A stretch of DNA of 64,000 nucleotides from NCBI GenBank assembly GCA_002269645.1, contig NIVC01002281.1, forward strand, positions 1-64,000. The letters run 5' to 3'. Shown here piece after piece: positions 46,976 to 61,708 of the stretch (position 1 is the first letter of the stretch; each line of letters opens with the position of its first letter). The position numbers were made by a program, and so were the translations under genes. The notes beneath the pieces are model-generated. The model made no database searches and was not told the origin of the DNA. It saw nothing but the letters and a program-made list of their open reading frames with translations. Source of the DNA: Macrostomum lignano (lineage: Eukaryota).

Positions 46976-49900
46976 TCGGTCCTTTCGGTAATTTAAGATC
47001 GAACCGAACAATTCTACGAGAATCTCATCCCAACCTAAATGATTTTATGAGAATCTCAGCACAATGGAACAGCCTACATAGCGAACCTACCGACATATTG
47101 CCTGAGACCAATGACAGCGATGAACATGATCATGAGGCCGCCAGTGAACTGATAGTTGAGCTGATCAATGAAATCGACTCCGTGGCCGCCGTACGGAGTT
47201 TTGAAGATACGGCCGAGCTTGAGCACTAATCCGGCGTCCATGACGACTCAGGACAAAGCTCGGAGGGAAAGGGGAGTGAAGCAGGGAGGTTCGAGTATCG
47301 TCAGCAGTGTTTAGCCATGCTGAGCCATTTGGCAAGCCCTGCTGGACAGCGGGGACTAAACTGGTGATGCTTGCGTCCGCTTGGCACTGGAAACTGACTT
47401 CCGCAGCTTTCTTTGACCGAATCCGGCCGCTGGTGCGTCCGCCAATCAGTTGGATCCGGTGAACGCCACCAGCCGTGCAAGCGGGCAGGAACTCCTCCTT
47501 CCTTTCACTGGACCCGTTCCATGGCCTGCGCTGGGTATAAGATTTTTCACTTGCTTCTATTTTTCGCTGTCTGTCTGCCTTTCTTCTTCTGCTCCTCTAT
47601 CCGCCCTGTGGGCTGGATTGCTGGCTCTTCAGGCTGGTTCGGTGGCCAGCAGATCCGTTCTCTCTCTAGCACGCTTTCTTTCTCCTTTAAAATCGTTTCG
47701 GCAAGGGCTGGCTAGGATGTCGGCAGATTGCAGACTTGCAGTGGCGAGGAAGAATCGCGACCGGGAGGGGTTGAGAGGGAGGCTTTTGGAAGCTTTTCTG
47801 GGGCTGGGTCCCGCGCTGCAGCAGTCCTGTGCGCGCGCGCGTGTGTGTGGCGTGCGGTCTGCGTCTGAGTGAGTGGGTTGAACTGGCCTTCCCAGCGCCT
47901 GGTTAGGAATAGAAATGAAGCCGGCAGTGGGGGTGTTCTGGGTTGCTGTGAGGGGGTGGTCATCCTGTTCCAAGTCTCCCTCTCCCCTAACAGCAGGAGG
48001 TCCGTCAGTCCGCCCCAAGCCGCGCTCTAGCGCTCGCGGCAGGCAGGTACCGAGGGGGAAGAGTCGGCCTGACTCCCCCATCCAATCCCTTCCGTCCGGG
48101 CGCTCTCCCTTCTGCTCACACCAGCTACTCAACCACTGGCGTTCTGCTCCACTCTTTCTCTCTCTCTCACTCTCGCCTTCTCCTCCCAGTTCTCTTTCCA
48201 CCCGTTCTCTCTCTGACCACCCTCTCTCGACCTCTAACTGGCAGCTCTGGCAGGGGAAGGAAAAGGACAGGACTGGAGCGTTGGGACGAACTCGACGAAT
48301 TCTCCCTTCTATTCGCTGCCTCCCCCCTCCCCGATTCCCAATGCCTGGGGAGTCCCCGGTGCATTTTATGAGGGGGAAGAGGGTGAAGAACGCTCAGCTT
48401 CCATCGTTCCTCATCTGCTCTTACTCTCGCCCCTCACAAACCGTGCGCGTTCATCTCTGCTACTCCTCCAATCACTTTCATACCAGTCGTACCTCCGCGG
48501 CTCTCCTTAACCCACCTCCTCTACCCTCTTTTCGGTTCTCGAGACGAACTGATGAAGGCTCGCCTAAAATTATCTCAGAAAACCCGGGCAGTGCGCGGGC
48601 ACGGGAGAGGAGTGGAGTGGGAAGAAGGGGATTGTGGAAGAGAGGGAGAGAGCAGGCAGCATTTGGTCATTGAACAATCTGTCCTGGGGGGGGGGGTACC
48701 ATACTGACTCGGACTCATTCTCTCCCACTCGCTTTCTGGTAAGTCTGTCGTCATCCAGCTCGGGCTGAGCGCGTTCGGCAGGCTGGGCGAGCGAGGGAGA
48801 GAGTGAGAACGGTGTAAGTAAAGGGGAAAAAGCCATTGGGGAAGAGAACCCTGCTCCCGCAGCCATCTTCTGTTGCCACGACTCATTCTTTGTCCCCGTG
48901 TCCTCCAACTCGGCATCTCTCGCATCCCAAACTCGTTTACCTATCGCATATTTTACTTCAGGTTGGAACCCGCTGGCTCACTCAAGTCTGCGAGCTGGTT
49001 CAAGACTCAACTGGAACAGACTGCAGTGAATTTATTCTGACTAGCCGAAAATTTTCAGCCCCAAAAAATATTCGATTTTTTCCGGCTTGCACCGCCCAGC
49101 TTCCTTAGCCTGGGAAAGATGAATCACTAATATCGATAATATCTTCTGCATCGGTTCGCCCTTTGCCGCCCCATCTCTCCCCGCTCCCAGCTTCTCCCAT
49201 AAGTCTGCGCGAGAGAGTAATTATCTCTTAATTCCAATGGCAAATTTATTAACTCGGCCGTCTTCTGTCTGCCTAATCTCTCTCCTTCTCCTCCCGCGGA
49301 TTCGTTTGGACAGTAAGGAAGTCTGGGAAATTTCCACTGCGAACCCTTTCAGCCTTTAGTGCGGGAGAGGCCAAAAAAATCTGCTATCAATTTTGATTCT
49401 GCTCGGGGCTTTGAAGTCTGCCGAAGCAGTTGCTATGGGCGGCACTTGAGATTACAAAGATTAATACGTCCGTGGGAGCCTCTCGGCCGCGCACTTGTTC
49501 GCCGCTTCGAGTCAGCTCAGCTTTCAAAATTGCGTTTATCTCGGCTCGATGAAACAGGAGATGGCAAAGGCAGGCCCGAGGACTCCCCAGTACGAGCTAG
49601 GATGCATAATTAATTAGCGCCGGACTCGTGTGCCAAAGTTCTGTCTCTCCCTCTCACTCCAGCTCCAGACACATCAGGCCCATCAGCATCGATTCGGGCC
49701 ATAGGTTAAGCTGGCGGCCAGCTCTGAGCAGTCGATATGCGAAGATGGTTGCGATTAAGCTGGCTTGTTTCTGACAGCTGTGCTAAGACCCGGGTAGGAA
49801 GCAGATAAGAAGCATACGACTTATTGATTCTCTCGCTTGCGCATTGCAGAAGCCCATTCGAGCATGACTTTGCGAGTCGCAGCAGTGGCCCCCAGACACC

Positions 49901-51211
49901 GTGTGAGGTGTGATGGGCCAGAGAGAAAATTAGGGAGACATTTCCAGCTCAGAGTGCGCCAGCTTCAGCTCGTAAAGCTGCTCCCCGCTCGTAGCCAAAT
50001 ACGAGAGCTGAGGGATTCCCTTTGGGAATTATTATGTCAATAACTTTTCCGCCGAAATTATCCCATCCCATCGCAGCTTCTGTCCCGGTGGGAGATGAGA
50101 AAATTTGCCCAAATTGGAGTAGGATTGGAAGACTGCATGGACGGAGATCGCCGCTACCCATCCAGCATGGCTCTGTTCCCTCTCGCTTTAGAAATCTGAT
50201 TTCTGCTACCCCTCCCGTGCTCAAACCCCTGCATGCCAGCACTGCGCCAGCCTCTTGGGGAAGATGGACGCCGCAGACTGTTCGAGCACAAATTAGCTGA
50301 CTCTCCATCTCCATCTTCTCCCCAACTCATCGCTCCTGCCTTCGTGCCATGCTGTCCGGCGGCTCTTGAAGGCAGCCCTTTTTGAGTTGCCACTTTATGC
50401 ACAAGGATCTCCTTCTTGACCACTTCTCTATGAGACTTCCTCTCTCTCTCTCTCTCTCTCTGGTCTCTTCATCATTTTTAGTTTTTTTTAAACTTGCGCG
50501 ATAGTCGGGCAAGTCCTATTTTTAGTTGGGATAGAATATTGCAACTAAAACTGGCACACTACGCAGGGCCTGGTATATTATTAAATAGCTAGTGCGGGAT
50601 AAACACTGAAGACTAGGAAAACAATATTGCCAGTTACCGTTGCCCAGAACTCTTCAGCTTCAGGGCTCATAGCCCCCCCACCCGCATTGTCATAGTCTCT
50701 CGGTGGCCCCGGTCCACTTCAGCAAAACCTGACCCTCTGTACCCTGCCGGATTCTAAAAATAGAACAGCCCAGCCCTACTCCCCGTCCGCACTAGGGAAG
50801 AGGCGGGGATAGAAGGGAAAAAAACAGGCTGCACTTTTACCTCGCGCCCCAGGTTTTCGGAGTTCAGAACAGAGGAATTGGGGACACAGAGAGAGCGCTG
50901 CGGGACAGTCTTGAGTTGGGATGAGACCTCTCTCTCAATTTTTTTTCTGCATTGATCCAGCCACTTGTCTCCCTCCAGAAACCCCCCGACCTGCCTAACA
51001 TTCCCCTGCCATTGCTATTTCGCCTCCATTCTGTAGTGAAACTTTCTTTAGGCGGCGTCTGCAAACGGATGCTTGATTCTAAACCGGCCTGAGAACCAAA
51101 GCGCAACGTCTCCTGGGGACTATTGTACTTGAGTCTAACCTTGCCGGCGCAATTCACTTCTGCCAAGTAAAGGAAGCAGGGGGGAGATAAAGAGGCGGCA
51201 AAACTGGGTGA

Positions 51212-51642
51212 GAGAGAGCGAGAGAGATAGAGAGAGAGGTAGAGGGAGGTAGAGAGATAGAGAGAGAGGTAGAGGGAGGTAGAGAGTGAGGTAGAGAGGT
51301 AGGGAGAGAGGTAGAGAGAAAGAGAATTAAAGAGAGAGGTAGAGAGAGATAGAGAGAGATAGAGATAGATAGAGAGGGGTAGAGAGAGAGGTAGAGAGAG
51401 AGGTGGGGGCAAGAAAGATGGTGGGGAGAGAGGTAGAGAGAGAGGTGGGGGCAAGAAAGATGGTAGAGAGAGAGGTAGAGAGAGAGGTGGGGGCAAGAAA
51501 GATGGTGGGGAGAGAGGTAGAGAGAGAGGTGGGGGCAAGAAAGATGGTGGGGAGAGAGGTAGAGAGAGAGGTGGGGGCAAGAAAGATTGTGGGGAGAGAG
51601 GTAGAGAGAGAGGTGGGGGCAAGAAAGATGGTGGAGAGAGAG
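51212..51642. repeat. Purine-rich tract with an embedded ~40-bp tandem unit
   Basis: agagagaggtgggggcaagaaagatggtggggagagaggt repeated about 6 times after a (ga/gt)-rich stretch. Confidence 0.9.
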
Positions 51643-52377
51643 AACTGGCAATAGCTCGAAGCCAGAAACTTTGGCAAGCCGCTCTCCAAACTGCGAGAAA
51701 TAGTGAGAGAGGGAGAGGGAGAGAACGAGTGAGATGAAAGAATAAACAACAGATTGATTAGACTTGAGATAGGAAGAAGAGGGCCAAAAAAGACAAGGAG
51801 AGAAGAGATTAAGGGGATTATAACAGTTAAAGTGCAGGAGGCGGGATTCGCAGAGGGCCGGGTGCGGCGGACTCAAGTTTGCACGCTGGCTGGAAAAAGA
51901 AGAAGATAGGCAGATTTTTATTTAGCATCCGCAATGGTGGGATTCGGCGGTGCCGGGGCCACTGTTTGCTCCCCCAGCTTCCTCAAAGCAGCTCCACCAG
52001 GGCTCGTGAAGGGGCGATGTGGGGTGGGAATTCGGGAAAGGAAAATTGATGGCTGAGACGAGAGGTGAGGAAGAGCTGGATGCTGGGCAGCGGGCCGCAA
52101 TTCTCATGGGAGGCGGCGCGAACGCCGGACTTGCCTCTCTGTGGATCGACAGTCGGGACTCATTAGTTATTTATGAGGCCCGATGAGCGGCCAAATCTAC
52201 CTTGGCGTCTCTTCTTGGCGCGTTTTGAAACTCAACAATTTCTCTCTCAGCTGCTCACTGCGTCTTTGTATCCGCCTTCTTCTATACTTGGTTTTTCCTC
52301 TGCCTGTCCGTCAGTTTGATGCAGGAGGGCCACCGTGCCACAGGTGGTTGTTTGGCGTACAGTATGGGCCTTAACGA

Positions 52378-52575
52378 GAGAGAAACGGAGAGAGGAAGGG
52401 AGAGAGGCAGGGAGAGAGGAAGGGAGAGGAAGGGAGAGAAGAAGAGAAAGAGGAAGAGAGAGGAAGAGAGAGGAAGAGAGAGAGGAAGAGAGAGAGAGAG
52501 GAAGAGAGAGAGGAAGAGAGAGAGGAAGAGAGAGGAAGAGAGAGAGAAAGAGAGAGGAAGGGAGAGAAGGGAGAC
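52378..52575. repeat. GA-rich low-complexity tract (gagagaggaa)n
   Basis: Direct reading. Confidence 0.9.
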
Positions 52576-52580
52576 AGACA

Positions 52581-52766
52581 CTCACACAGGGTGCACAGCG
52601 GCCCTGGCTTCCCATAATCAGGCATGCACTCTCAGTGCCTTGTGGGTTGGCCCTCACGGGAGTGAATTGCACCATCACTCCCGTGAACGCGGCCGGGACA
52701 CTGAGTAGAACCCGGGCCACTTTGACGCGGGAAGTCAGGCACTTAAACCGGTGAGCTGCGCTCTCC
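52581..52766 (-). mobile_element. tRNA-derived SINE, family 2
   Basis: Minus-strand head agctcaccggtttaag...gggttctactc, the shared body, and an internal 11-bp perfect stem (cacgggagtga / tcactcccgtg). Confidence 0.68.
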
Positions 52767-53590
52767 GTTATCCTGTGGTCAAAAGCACGAGATATTCTAA
52801 GGACTGAGAAATGTTAACTAAACCCAGAAATAGCAGAGTGGAGATCTGAACTCCCTCCGGTCATTTCTTTCTTTTTTCCAGAAAAATTAATTGGACAAAT
52901 ATTTTTTGACAACCTTGGAAGAAGAAGAGTTCTTCTAGTTGGGGGCGAGATGTCAAGGAAAATAGAAAGGCATCGTTGCAGAAATTGTGTCGCTTTTGCT
53001 CACCCGCCACTCTTTCTGGCTCTCCTAGGGAAGATTGGGAGTGAAAAAAGGAAATAAAAAACACAACGGGCGGCCCTGTCACTTCTAGTAACAGCTGACT
53101 GTGTCACAGCGAAGGCTGAGGAAGGGAGCCATTCATAATTACTCGAGGCTAACGGAGTACTACTGCATAGGCCTACTGAAACCTGACTGTTTTGCTTAGT
53201 GCGCTTTTTTCTTGAACTGAACTTTTCAAAAAAAATCAACAGCTTCTCTGAGGATGTTTTCGTTCCGTCAATCTTTCTAAGTGCGGGTCCCGTCTGACTG
53301 ACGGATTTTTAAAGTTGTCTAGAAATTTTTTTGACAGCTAGTTGCAAGATTTTTTTTTCTTAGTTCCCACGGCTTGAAAAGGGATGCTCCTCTGAAGACT
53401 TTTTGATCTGCGGTACGAATAAGTAACATCATTTTACCCGAGCCCGTTAAGTATTCTAGCGACTATTTTTTTCAGACTAGCTACTCTAAGTAGGCAATGC
53501 AAAATTATAATGTAGGAAAATAGAAACGAGAGAATTACCTGCGAATTGATTGGCCGCAAATGAAGCTGTGTCGGAGCTGTACTGGCTGCT

Positions 53591-53930
53591 GACAACCGCT
53601 TCCTTGACAACCGCTTCCTTGACAACCGCTTCCTTGACAACCGCTTCCTTGACAACCGCTTCCTTGACAACCGCTTCCTTGACAACCGCTTCCTTGACAA
53701 CCGCTTCCTTGACAACCGCTTCCTTGACAACCGCTTCCTTGACAACCGCTTCCTTGACAACCGCTTCCTTGACAACCGCTTCCTTGACAACCGCTTCCTT
53801 GACAACCGCTTCCTTGACAACCGCTTCCTTGACAACCGCTTCCTTGACAACCGCTTCCTTGACAACCGCTTCCTTGACAACCGCATCCTTGACAACCGCT
53901 TCCTTGACAACCGATTTCTTGACAACCGCC
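53591..53930. repeat. 15-bp tandem array (~22.5 copies) inside an ATG-to-donor ORF
   Basis: Unit gacaaccgcttcctt; the minus frames read (KEAVV)n, (RLSRK)n and (GSGCQ)n. Confidence 0.96.
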
Positions 53931-54515
53931 AATAAACCGTTGAACCATTGAATAGCGTCATTTCCAACCAGTTGTCGGTTTCCATGGAAACGCTGCCTAG
54001 GCGCCATGCAGCAAATTCAAGCAAAAACCAAAGCAAAGAAAAAAGACAAAACTGAAAGCGGTGCTTTTGGTCGCTGTTTAAATAAAAAATGATTTTGTCA
54101 TTTGAAAACGCATTTATTTTCGGACTCCGATTGGAAAATAGTTGTCACATAAAATTATCTCTGATTTTGATCCGCATGCAATAGCTGCTACTGCTAGTAG
54201 ACCAGTAGCTGCCTGGTCCAGAATATTGAAGCGTTTTCTAACTAGGTCACTTGTTTAGTCAAGTGGATAATGGGGCATTTAATCCGCAGCCTGTATGACT
54301 GGGGATAGAAGACCCACAGGATCAACTGAAATTTCAATTGCTAAAAGTACACGGTGAATTCAGTAAAGTCGGTTTTGTTGATTGACAAAACCTCGAGAAA
54401 AGTATCACAGAACTGAAGATACTTCTTCTAACTCCGCAATGCTATTATAGTGAAATGCAAAATTGATCTGATCTATATGTGATTGCGGTGCGGTTCAAGC
54501 TATTCATCACCTCAC

Positions 54516-55720
<1,205 letters not shown>

Positions 55721-56843
55721 TTCATCTTGTGCTTGTGCTCTTGTGCTTGGGCCTTGTGCTCCTCAAAGCGACCCTAGAATGTTGAAGGCATGAAAATTGC
55801 TTATATTACTTACCCTTTCCGCAATTTCGTCACGAGCCACGCCCTCTTCTCTTCTGCCTTCTGTGCGGCCGCCCGGTCTCAGCTGCGGGATCAGGGAGAA
55901 TTGATTACACAACAGTGCGCCTGGAAACGCGTCACCCTAATTAGCTATAGAACTCGTTAACACCGATTGTTAATGCAATTTAATTGGAATTTCCCGCCGC
56001 CTTTTTGCTTTTCTCCCCTCTCCAAGCCACACCCTAGTAACACGGCTCTGCCAAGTCGCATTGCAAACCCCCTGGCCTCTGCAGCTGAAGCCACGATAAT
56101 GCATGGCTTTTAGGGTTGTATTTAGGCAGAGCCCCCACATATCCAATCTCTTCATATCAAAGTTGTGTTAAAATAATATTTGTCGTCTATGGCTTCAAGG
56201 ATGCTAGTGTGTGTTTCCACTTTTTCTAATGCTTTTAATTTTTCTTATCTTTTTAAGAGTTTCGGCCTGAAATTATTCGAGGAGGAGGAGTATGTCTATG
56301 GTTGAAGTTGGGGATGGGGGCGTGGGGGCGAAGCCCCCACATTCTTACCATAGACAAAATTTCATTAAGAAATTTCTCGAGTCACGAAGGAAGAGAAGAG
56401 AGAAGCTCGCTTATTTAGATACATACAATAATCCTTGCTATATGTCCGGGAAAGTGATCGATTAAATCCCGCAAAATCCCTGAAAGTGAGCTTTAAAGTA
56501 GTTTAAATTACATTTTCGACTTTTCGTCTATGATAAAACAACAGCTTGCAAATTTGTCTGCCTTAAAGATGACGTTAAATTAGGTTTTACCATAGACAAA
56601 TAAATCCATGTCGAAACATGCAGAGAATAGACGGGTTCAACAACTAGAATTTCCTTGTTCTCCGATCGGCTGTGGGGGCAACCCTGGCGCCACATCCGTC
56701 ATTTTTATTAGAGGCAGGGGGTTGTGTGCACCCTGGCGCACTTTAAGCGACATAGGCACACAACCGGCGAGAGGCATTACTGCCCATTCCGCCGACTCCC
56801 CTGAGCAGGCATACAAGCGCGCGGATACTTACGCAGGCACACA

Positions 56844-57060
56844 CTCACACAGGAGTGTACAGCGGCCCTAACTTTGTATTATCGTTAGGCATGTACACTT
56901 CACTGCGCCTTGGGGGGTTGGCTCTCAAGGCCGTTAATTACACGAGCAGAGCCAAGCCGAGATTCCAATTCAGCCCCAAATTAATGTGACTGCACTTGGA
57001 ATCGAGCCTGGGTCGCTGGCACACCAGAGCCTGCGCTAGACCGCTGGGCTACGGCCCCCC
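56844..57060 (-). mobile_element. tRNA-derived SINE, family 2, long copy (a further partial body at 57119-57170)
   Basis: Minus-strand head gggggccgtagcccagcggtctagcg...ggctcgattcc; shared body ctcacacaggagtgtacagcggccct...aggcatgtacact...gccttggggggttggctctca. Confidence 0.72.
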
Positions 57061-59469
57061 TGCCACATCCGTCACACATCCAGCTCTGACGGCAACTCTG
57101 CCCATTCCACTGACTCAGGCGCGACTTGTGGGTTGGCCCTCATGGCTGTGAATCGCACTACAAATCCCAGGCTAATTTTCGAGCACACAAGCCTCAAAAT
57201 GAATGCGGCGGCGAATTCCAAATCATAAAGTAGTGCGAATTTAGTGCTAATAATCTTTCTATCAAACTCTATGCATGCAACTCAGCAGATACTCGCAACT
57301 CAGCTGTTGAACCTCATTGACCCGGTCATGAAGCAACCACTTGTTCGAAGCATTGCTGCTTTTAAAAGAGAGGCAGAGAGACAGGAAGTCTGGGGGAGAG
57401 GCAGGAAGAGATCGGGCAATGAAGCGGCTTTCGAAATGAGTGCTCCTAGCTGCAGCAACCCCCCCCCCCCAGATTAGTTCATGAGCCGAAGACGCGGATT
57501 TCCCCCGAGCGTCTCAACACGAAAATCCCCTCGGCATGAAGCAGAGGATTGGGTGTTAGTGGGGGGGGGTAATTCCTGCTGTCCCGGCTCTCCGGAGTCT
57601 TCTTGCCGCCGCAACCTGCGCACGGAAGCGAGCGATGAAGCGACGGCTCATTCCAGCTTCCCAAGCTCCTCCCCCCCCCCTCCAGCCCCTTAGCAGTCTC
57701 AGCGTTGGTGATGAGGCTTCGCGCGCGGAGCTTAATTAGCAAAAATTTCCAAAGCCGCAGTTTCAATGCGATGACTTCACTAGTAAGAGGCCGGCCCCTG
57801 CCAGGCCTAGGAGACCTTTCAACCAGGCTCTGGTTCAAAGATCTCCTTGGCCCGAGCACAATGAACCGAAAATTTAATTTGCACCCTCCTGGCGTATCGC
57901 TGTAGTACAGTTCGCTTGTTCCGGCGCGAGAGGCCCAGATGCCCGGGGTGGCCTCATCTCGCCCCCCTTCGATCCTAGACTTACTTCTCCACAGCTGGTT
58001 CTATACTAGTTTTCTTTCTTCTATCAATTTTTCTTTTATTAGAGGAAGCTATATATTAGATGTGAAGGTCCCGAATTCGATTCCTATAGTGTGCAAATAA
58101 GTAAACTAATGCCTATTTATTGAAACTATTGGGCTACTATATTAATCATCATATTTTTGTTAGATTAACAATTTACGAAAGTAAATGTAAATGAAATGTT
58201 TTTTTGTAAATGGGCTTGGAAGTTAATATAAGGTCATCCTGCTGTAAAATATTAGGCAGCGACGACACGGTGGCAATTGGCTAGAGCTAGGACCACCCAG
58301 CCTTGTCGATTTAGACTTGTTCAAACAAAGCCTATTGTGTATTAAACCTCACATTGCTTGTGCGAGCGTATTGGACGAGATATTTTAATGCTTTTTAGGC
58401 ACAGGACATATCCAATTGTGGGATTATTGTTGCTAGGCAAGTAGAACCGTAGTTATTATTTGTCCTAAAAAATTATAAAAGCTAAATGGTATGAACGTTA
58501 CTTGTTGAGAGTTGATTTTATCAATGTAATTAACATTTAATGATCAGTCTTAGGTAAACTGTTTGTTATAAATGTACGTCTACTGCATGTCATCGCCTTT
58601 TTCATATTATAAATAATGAAATTTAGCAAAACATCGATCACTCACCACGAGTCACCAGAGTCTGGTTGAAAAGCAAGCTCTTCTTCGCCTGAAGGTTGAG
58701 AGATTGAATATTTACTATTAGTTCTAAGTGAGCATTGAAAGTTGTGAGAAGGCCTATATTAGCAACGTAGCGTGCTAAAATTTATCCTTCACAAAGTTTT
58801 GAGCTGGTTTTCAGGCCCGCGCGGTGCCAGAGGGAGTTCCCGCTGCATGGGCGCATTGGGGGGGGGGGGAGAGGGGCCGATCGTCCGTCACTCTCGTGCC
58901 ACTTCCGGCGCACAATGGGGGCAGGGACCGGACCCGGGCTCGCCCCCCCCCCAGCACAGAGGTCCGGTTAGCTAAGAGAGATGACCGGAAGTTGCAACCG
59001 AGCAGCGCTGGAACTCAGTCAGTAATAATAATAATAATGAAGGGGTGGCCCGTCTATTGCTGCTAATGCTGTGGGGCGGTGGGCTAGGATAATTCTGGAA
59101 TTTTGAAACTAACAACTAAAATCGTCGTCTGGGACTGGAGCGTAAAGTGCAACTATAAGATATGCAGTATGTCTTACGCATGCACAGGGGATGAAAGCTG
59201 CTGGAATTCGTGGGGGGGGCCTTTCAATTGCGCTACAGTCGATAAGACAAAGAAATGGTTTAGATAGATGATTTATAGCTCGCATCTAATCAATAAGCTG
59301 GGAGTTTTCTTTCTGAAACTGCGGCTACGGAATTGGAGTTTTAGATGATGGGATAAGTGCTTTAATGGATGGCGGTAAATGCAGGACGCCTAAGGTAAGC
59401 TAGGTATAGGCTGGAGGCGCCAACGATAAGGTAAAGGCAGAAATAGGAGCTCAGTATCCAGGCAGAGCT

Positions 59470-59650
59470 ATAAGGCTAAGGCTAAGGTTAAGGCTAAGTA
59501 TCAGGTTAAATAGGAGCTCAGGATCCAGGCAGAACTGAGGCTAAGGCTAAGGTTAAGGCTAAGTATCAGGTTAAATAGGAGCTCAGGATCCAGGCAGAAC
59601 TGAGGCTAAGGCTAAGGCTAAGGCTAAGTTCAAGGCTAGAGGCTAGAGTC
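59470..59650. repeat. (AGGCTA/AGGTTA)n hexamers within a ~65-bp duplicated unit
   Basis: Direct reading. Confidence 0.85.
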
Positions 59651-61117
59651 AAAGCTATAGCTTCAAGAAAAAAGTCTATATACTCAATATTTTGTGTATC
59701 CAGCTTTGATTATGAATAATTATTATATTTGACAGTTATACTGCAGCTTGCTCTAACTTCTAAACTCAACAGTCACGATTAAAACAGCTCAATCATTGAG
59801 TCGCATTTGGTTCCCAATTGACTTTCTGTCGGTCAACTGGAGGCAGGCACGCAGAACGAGGCTGCAGTCTCCGTGTTGCCGGATGCTGCCAAAGCTGCTC
59901 ACTGCAAGCCCTCCTACCCCCCCCCCACCCTCATCCAAGGCTGTCACGAAGCCGTCTGTCAAGCTAAACTGACACTTGGGAATCGTTTTTAGTGCGTGTC
60001 AGAGCATCGCTAAGCCTCTGACATGCACTGCACTTTGCCACCCAGCAGCCCCCTCCCCCCTCGGGTTCGAGTGCTCAATAAACAGCTGCAGAGAGGGCGT
60101 GCCAAAGTTGTTGGCAAAGTGCTTTCCACTGATTTTTTTCGCTCACATCTCCCCTCTATCTCCCCCCTCCTCTCTCCCTACCTCTGCCTCCCATCAGCCC
60201 ATCAAGCCAAGCCCAGATATACTTGGTTAAATTTGGGACAGCGCGCCTGACAGATTGCCCGACCAGCGTGGCGATTCCATTCTCGCGTCAATCCGAATTT
60301 CGTTCTGCCCAGAAAACACACAGAGAGAGAGAGCGAGAGCGAGAGAAGCTGATAATTCATTATAAGTTGGCGCGGCGGCTCGGTAAAGCAAATATTACTA
60401 GGCTCGATGCGGTGGGGTATGCGAGGGCGAAGGATGCAGAGAGAGAGAGAGAGCGAGCGAGTGAGGTCGAGCAACCAGCCTTCAACGTGCAAATTAATTA
60501 TTTATGATACGAGAACGCATAGAGGAAGAAGACTAGGAAGATGCAAAAGAAGAAGGGCATAGCGGGGCCCCAACACACACACACTATTTGGAAGAGTGGC
60601 TCGTGGGGCACTTGGCAATAGATTTTTTCTGTTTCTCCTCGGCGCATCCAAAGCAGCGCCCACCAAAGAGGGGGGCTGGGCGGCCAGAGATAAGCCTAAT
60701 ACTCTAACGCCTCAGCTACTTCTTCTTCATCTCATTCGCGAATCCGGGATCTAGAAAATCTCTTACCCGATTTCCAGCTGGGAGAGAAATCTCTTTCTCT
60801 CTCCCCCTCGAACCCCGATTTTTGGCAACTATTGATTGAAGAGAGCGGCGACCAAAGAAATTCTATTCGATGGCCTACAAAGTGCATCAAGCGTGTGGGG
60901 GGGGGTATTTTTTCCTCTGGCTTGGATTCTTCAACAATTGGCACTCGGACTGAATCTATTGGTCAGTTATTTTATGGCTGCATTTTTTCATAGATTTTAT
61001 TGCGCAATTATACCGCAACAATTGTTATTATAATGGTATCGCTACAGTTACAGTGGTGCAATAATTGTAATTGTGAAAATGTGTGAATGGGATGGAAATC
61101 TGTGAACTGAACTGATA

Positions 61118-61708
61118 ACTGTGTGAATAGAACTGATAACTGTGTGAATAGAACTGATGCTTTGTAAGTGAAACTGATACTTTGTGAATGCGACTGACAC
61201 TGTGTGAATGCGACTGACACTGTGTGAATGTGACTGACACTGTGTGAATGCGACTGACACTGTGTGAATGCGACTGACACTGTGTGAATGTGACTGACAC
61301 TGTATGAATGTGACTGACACTGTGTGAATGTAACTGATACTGTGTGAATGTGACTGACACTGTGTGAATGTAACTGACACTGTGTGAATGTGACTGACAC
61401 TGTGTGAATGTGACTGATACTGTGTGAATGTGACTGATACTGTGTGAATGTGACTGATACTGTGTGAATGTGACTGATACTGTGTGAATGTGACTGACAC
61501 TGTGTGAATGTAACTGACACTGTGTGAATGTGACTGATACTGTGTGAATGTGACTGATACTGTGTGAATGTGACTGATACTGTGTGAATGTGACTGATAC
61601 TGTGTGAATGTAACTGACACTGTGTGAATGTAACTGATACTGTGTGAATGTGACTCACACTGTGTGAATGTGACTGACACTGTGTGAGTGTGACTGGCAC
61701 TGTGTGAA
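61118..61708. repeat. 20-bp tandem array (~29 copies)
   Basis: Unit tgtgtgaatgtgactgacac. Confidence 0.96.

Noticed and set aside
48549-48569. Hammerhead-like CUGAUGA-aggc-uc-gccu-AAAA
   Set aside because: The conserved GAAA is AAAA, the stem II loop is only 2 nt, and no stem III or cleavage triplet pairs.
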